A stretch of DNA of 64,000 bases. Source: Cetorhinus maximus. Taxonomy: Eukaryota. The notes beneath the pieces were generated by a model. That model was not told the DNA's origin, did not search any database, and saw nothing but the letters and a program-made list of their open reading frames with translations. Position numbers and translations under genes: made by a program. The stretch spans positions 22,320,001-22,384,000 of the forward strand of contig NC_135893.1 of assembly GCF_964194155.1 (NCBI RefSeq). Direction: 5' to 3'. Shown here piece by piece: positions 61,513 through 64,000 of this stretch; the first letter of the stretch is position 1; every line of letters begins with the position of its first letter.

Positions 61513-63009
61513 CTGTCATTTCTTTTTCATTTTTTTCTGGGGGAGGAAATGGGGCACAGGAGTGTTAAGTTAACTTCTGTGCGCATGCTCTTTGACTGAT
61601 CTTGCTACTTAATACCATAGCAGTATTACAGTTGAGTCCATGTGTAAAGTTGTATATAACCAGCTGTTCAGACCTACTGGCATGAGGCTAATATAATTGG
61701 CCTCTCCTTGGTGAATCTGCTTATGTGGATGTAATGCTAGGAGCTAGCACTTGCTCTGGCACTGTAAGTAGAGCATGCAGATCTGGAGGTAGAATATGTT
61801 CTTAAGTGATAACTGTTTTCATCTCACTTTGCTTCTTCCTATTCAGTGCTGTATATTGTTCCAGCACCATCACCAATACCATTTTAGTTTGTGGGTGGTG
61901 TTTTTGTTTTCCTTGAACTTATTACACATTAATTAATTATTCTTCGAAAACAGGGGATTTAGTGATTCAATCAGGATAGTATATGTAGTAACTCAATTAA
62001 AAACTACTGTGGAACACAAAACAACTGAGGCATACAGAACGGGTAGCCATTGTATGCTGCTATGAAACCTCAGGAAAAGGCACAACGTTTGCTTTATTTC
62101 CTTTTTCTCTAATAGTATGCAATCTTCAGCTGCTAGTTATCCTAGTGTACCCACATTTAAAATTGAGAAAAGATTTTTCAAAAGCTTGTGACTTTTGGCA
62201 ATCTACCTTGCATGAATAATAAACCCTTTTCACTGCCTACACGTAAATTTGTGTTATGCCATAAATTGAATTAGTTGGCCTGAGGCTCATCAGGAATTTG
62301 GTATTATACGTATTGTATAGATGTCAAGTACACCAAAAACAACGGTCATAATTTAAAATTGAAACCCAGCTTGTTTAGCATGTTTCTTCAGATAAAATTT
62401 ACAGAAATTATTAAACCAAGAACCTTTCAAGACAACTACCTCGTTGCTTTCCATCTCCCTTAAAGCCCTTGGCAACAGGATAATTTACTTCTGTGATGTT
62501 GATTTGAGGGATAAATATTTGCCAGGACACCACAGATACCCCCCTGCTCATATTGCAGATATTGTAGGGATTTTTTTTTTTATTTTTTGCAACATTATAG
62601 GTACCTGTGTATATTATTCAGTATATATTTTAACCAGTTGCTGCATCTTTTTGAGATCCACACAGTTCACCTTTCACACCACCTTCTGGCTTTGGTTGCT
62701 TAACCAATCAACTCTGGCTGCAGATAATATGTGGTAAAAGCCTACATTGCAGTAACTGGCAAAGCTCTGTAGTTGCATTAATCAACCAGCTAATGGTTGT
62801 AATGAAGGTTCCTGGCCTGTGTATTTTTGCTGGAATACAGGATCTCAAACTGATGAAAACATTTAACAATACCTCATGCTTCTATCTGCACTGTGTGACA
62901 ATTCCAGTTTAAAACTTCAGGAACATCTCCAGCAGCTAAAATGATATTACCAGAAATTTTGTAAGCATTGTGCCATTTTGAGGAAGCTGCTGTGCAAGAT
63001 TTTTAAAAA

Positions 63010-63390
63010 GACTTGAGCACTCTACCCTCCTGAATCATAAGTATCATGGCTGACATTCCAGAACAATACCAAGGGAGTGCTGTACTCTGAGGTGGCATCT
63101 TTTGGCTGAGATGTTAAACTGAGGTCCTTACAGGTGGACATAAAAGATCATCACTCTGCTGTTTTATAGAGAACAGGGAAGTTCCCCTGGTGTCCTGGCC
63201 AGCATTTATCCTCAACCTACATCATTAAAACAGATGAATTGATGTTTTATTTCATTGCTGTTTGTGAGACCCTATGCACAAATTGATGGTGCACTTCCAA
63301 TTTATTACATCAGTGCTTTAATTTAACATGAATTAATTTAGTCCCTTGGAATGTGCTGAGGGAGTGAAAGGTGCTATGTGGATGCAAGTT
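63010..63390 (+). mobile_element. Deu-domain SINE
   Basis: Same core as 61150-61512. Confidence 0.7.
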
Positions 63391-64000
63391 CTTTATTTCT
63401 ATTGTCTGTAATTAAGTCTTTGAAAGACAGTTGGGTTTGAATTTTGTGCTTGTCAGCCAGGAGATGCCTTGTGAAATGCAACTGAAAAACATCACCAAAT
63501 GCATGCTGTCTATTTCTTGTTCTCCAAGTTAATCTTCTGTTTGTTTCACTTTCTTTTCCTGATTTGATTTTGCTAGTGAAAAGTGTAAGCTTAGATAATG
63601 CCAATGGATCTTCAATGTGTGCAAGTGTTCCCAGTAAGTTTAATTGGTTGCCTGCACATTTGCAATGGTGAGGGAAGCAGGAGGACAGGCAGTGGTAAAT
63701 GGACAAAATTGAGAATCAACATAGCGAGGGAGTACATCATATTGTTGCCAGGGGCTTTAAGGGAGGTGGAAAGCAACGAGGCAGTTGCCTTGAAAAGTTC
63801 TTGGTTTAATAATTTCTGTAAATTTTATCTGAAGAAACGTGCTAATCAAGCTGGGTTTCAATTTTAAATTATGACCGTTTTTTGTGTACTTGACATCTAT
63901 TTTGTATTTATATTTTGACCTAAGTCAAACTATATAGCCTACATTTATTGGTAGGACTTGTGGTAGGGAATGAAAGCATAAATAACCTTTTGATAGGTGC

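Overview
Eukaryotic (vertebrate) genomic DNA. The repeat content (CR1/HER1-type LINEs, Deu-domain SINEs, Penelope elements) points to a cartilaginous fish, probably a shark; this is inferred from recalled repeat families, not a database search. One complete protein-coding gene can be read directly: MICOS10/MINOS1 (- strand, 4 coding exons 42539->17626, 78 aa, all splice sites GT-AG). About 13 kb away and divergent lies a CpG-island promoter ending in GCCGCCATG|GTGAGT (55525), probably the ATG-only first exon of CAPZB (synteny inference). Downstream of MICOS10 is a CpG-rich, repeat-poor domain (~4.6-10.6 kb) with a candidate non-coding first exon of NBL1 (synteny inference). The rest is intron/intergenic sequence full of degenerate CR1, L2, Tx1-like and Penelope retroelements, SINEs and one hAT-type MITE; almost all listed ORFs are spurious or transposon debris. 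Most unusual observations: (1) ~210-235 bp fold-back insertions made of two inverted Penelope termini, flanked by target-site duplications and carrying minimal hammerhead-ribozyme cores, beside a truncated RT/GIY-YIG Penelope with the same terminus; (2) a ~1.45 kb 42-bp minisatellite with a forkhead motif per unit abutting the putative CAPZB promoter; (3) loss of the conserved Mic10 'KWD' motif; (4) an orphan housekeeping-type promoter cluster with a G4/Sp1 array at 2.3-2.8 kb. Repeat boundaries are approximate unless defined by TSDs.
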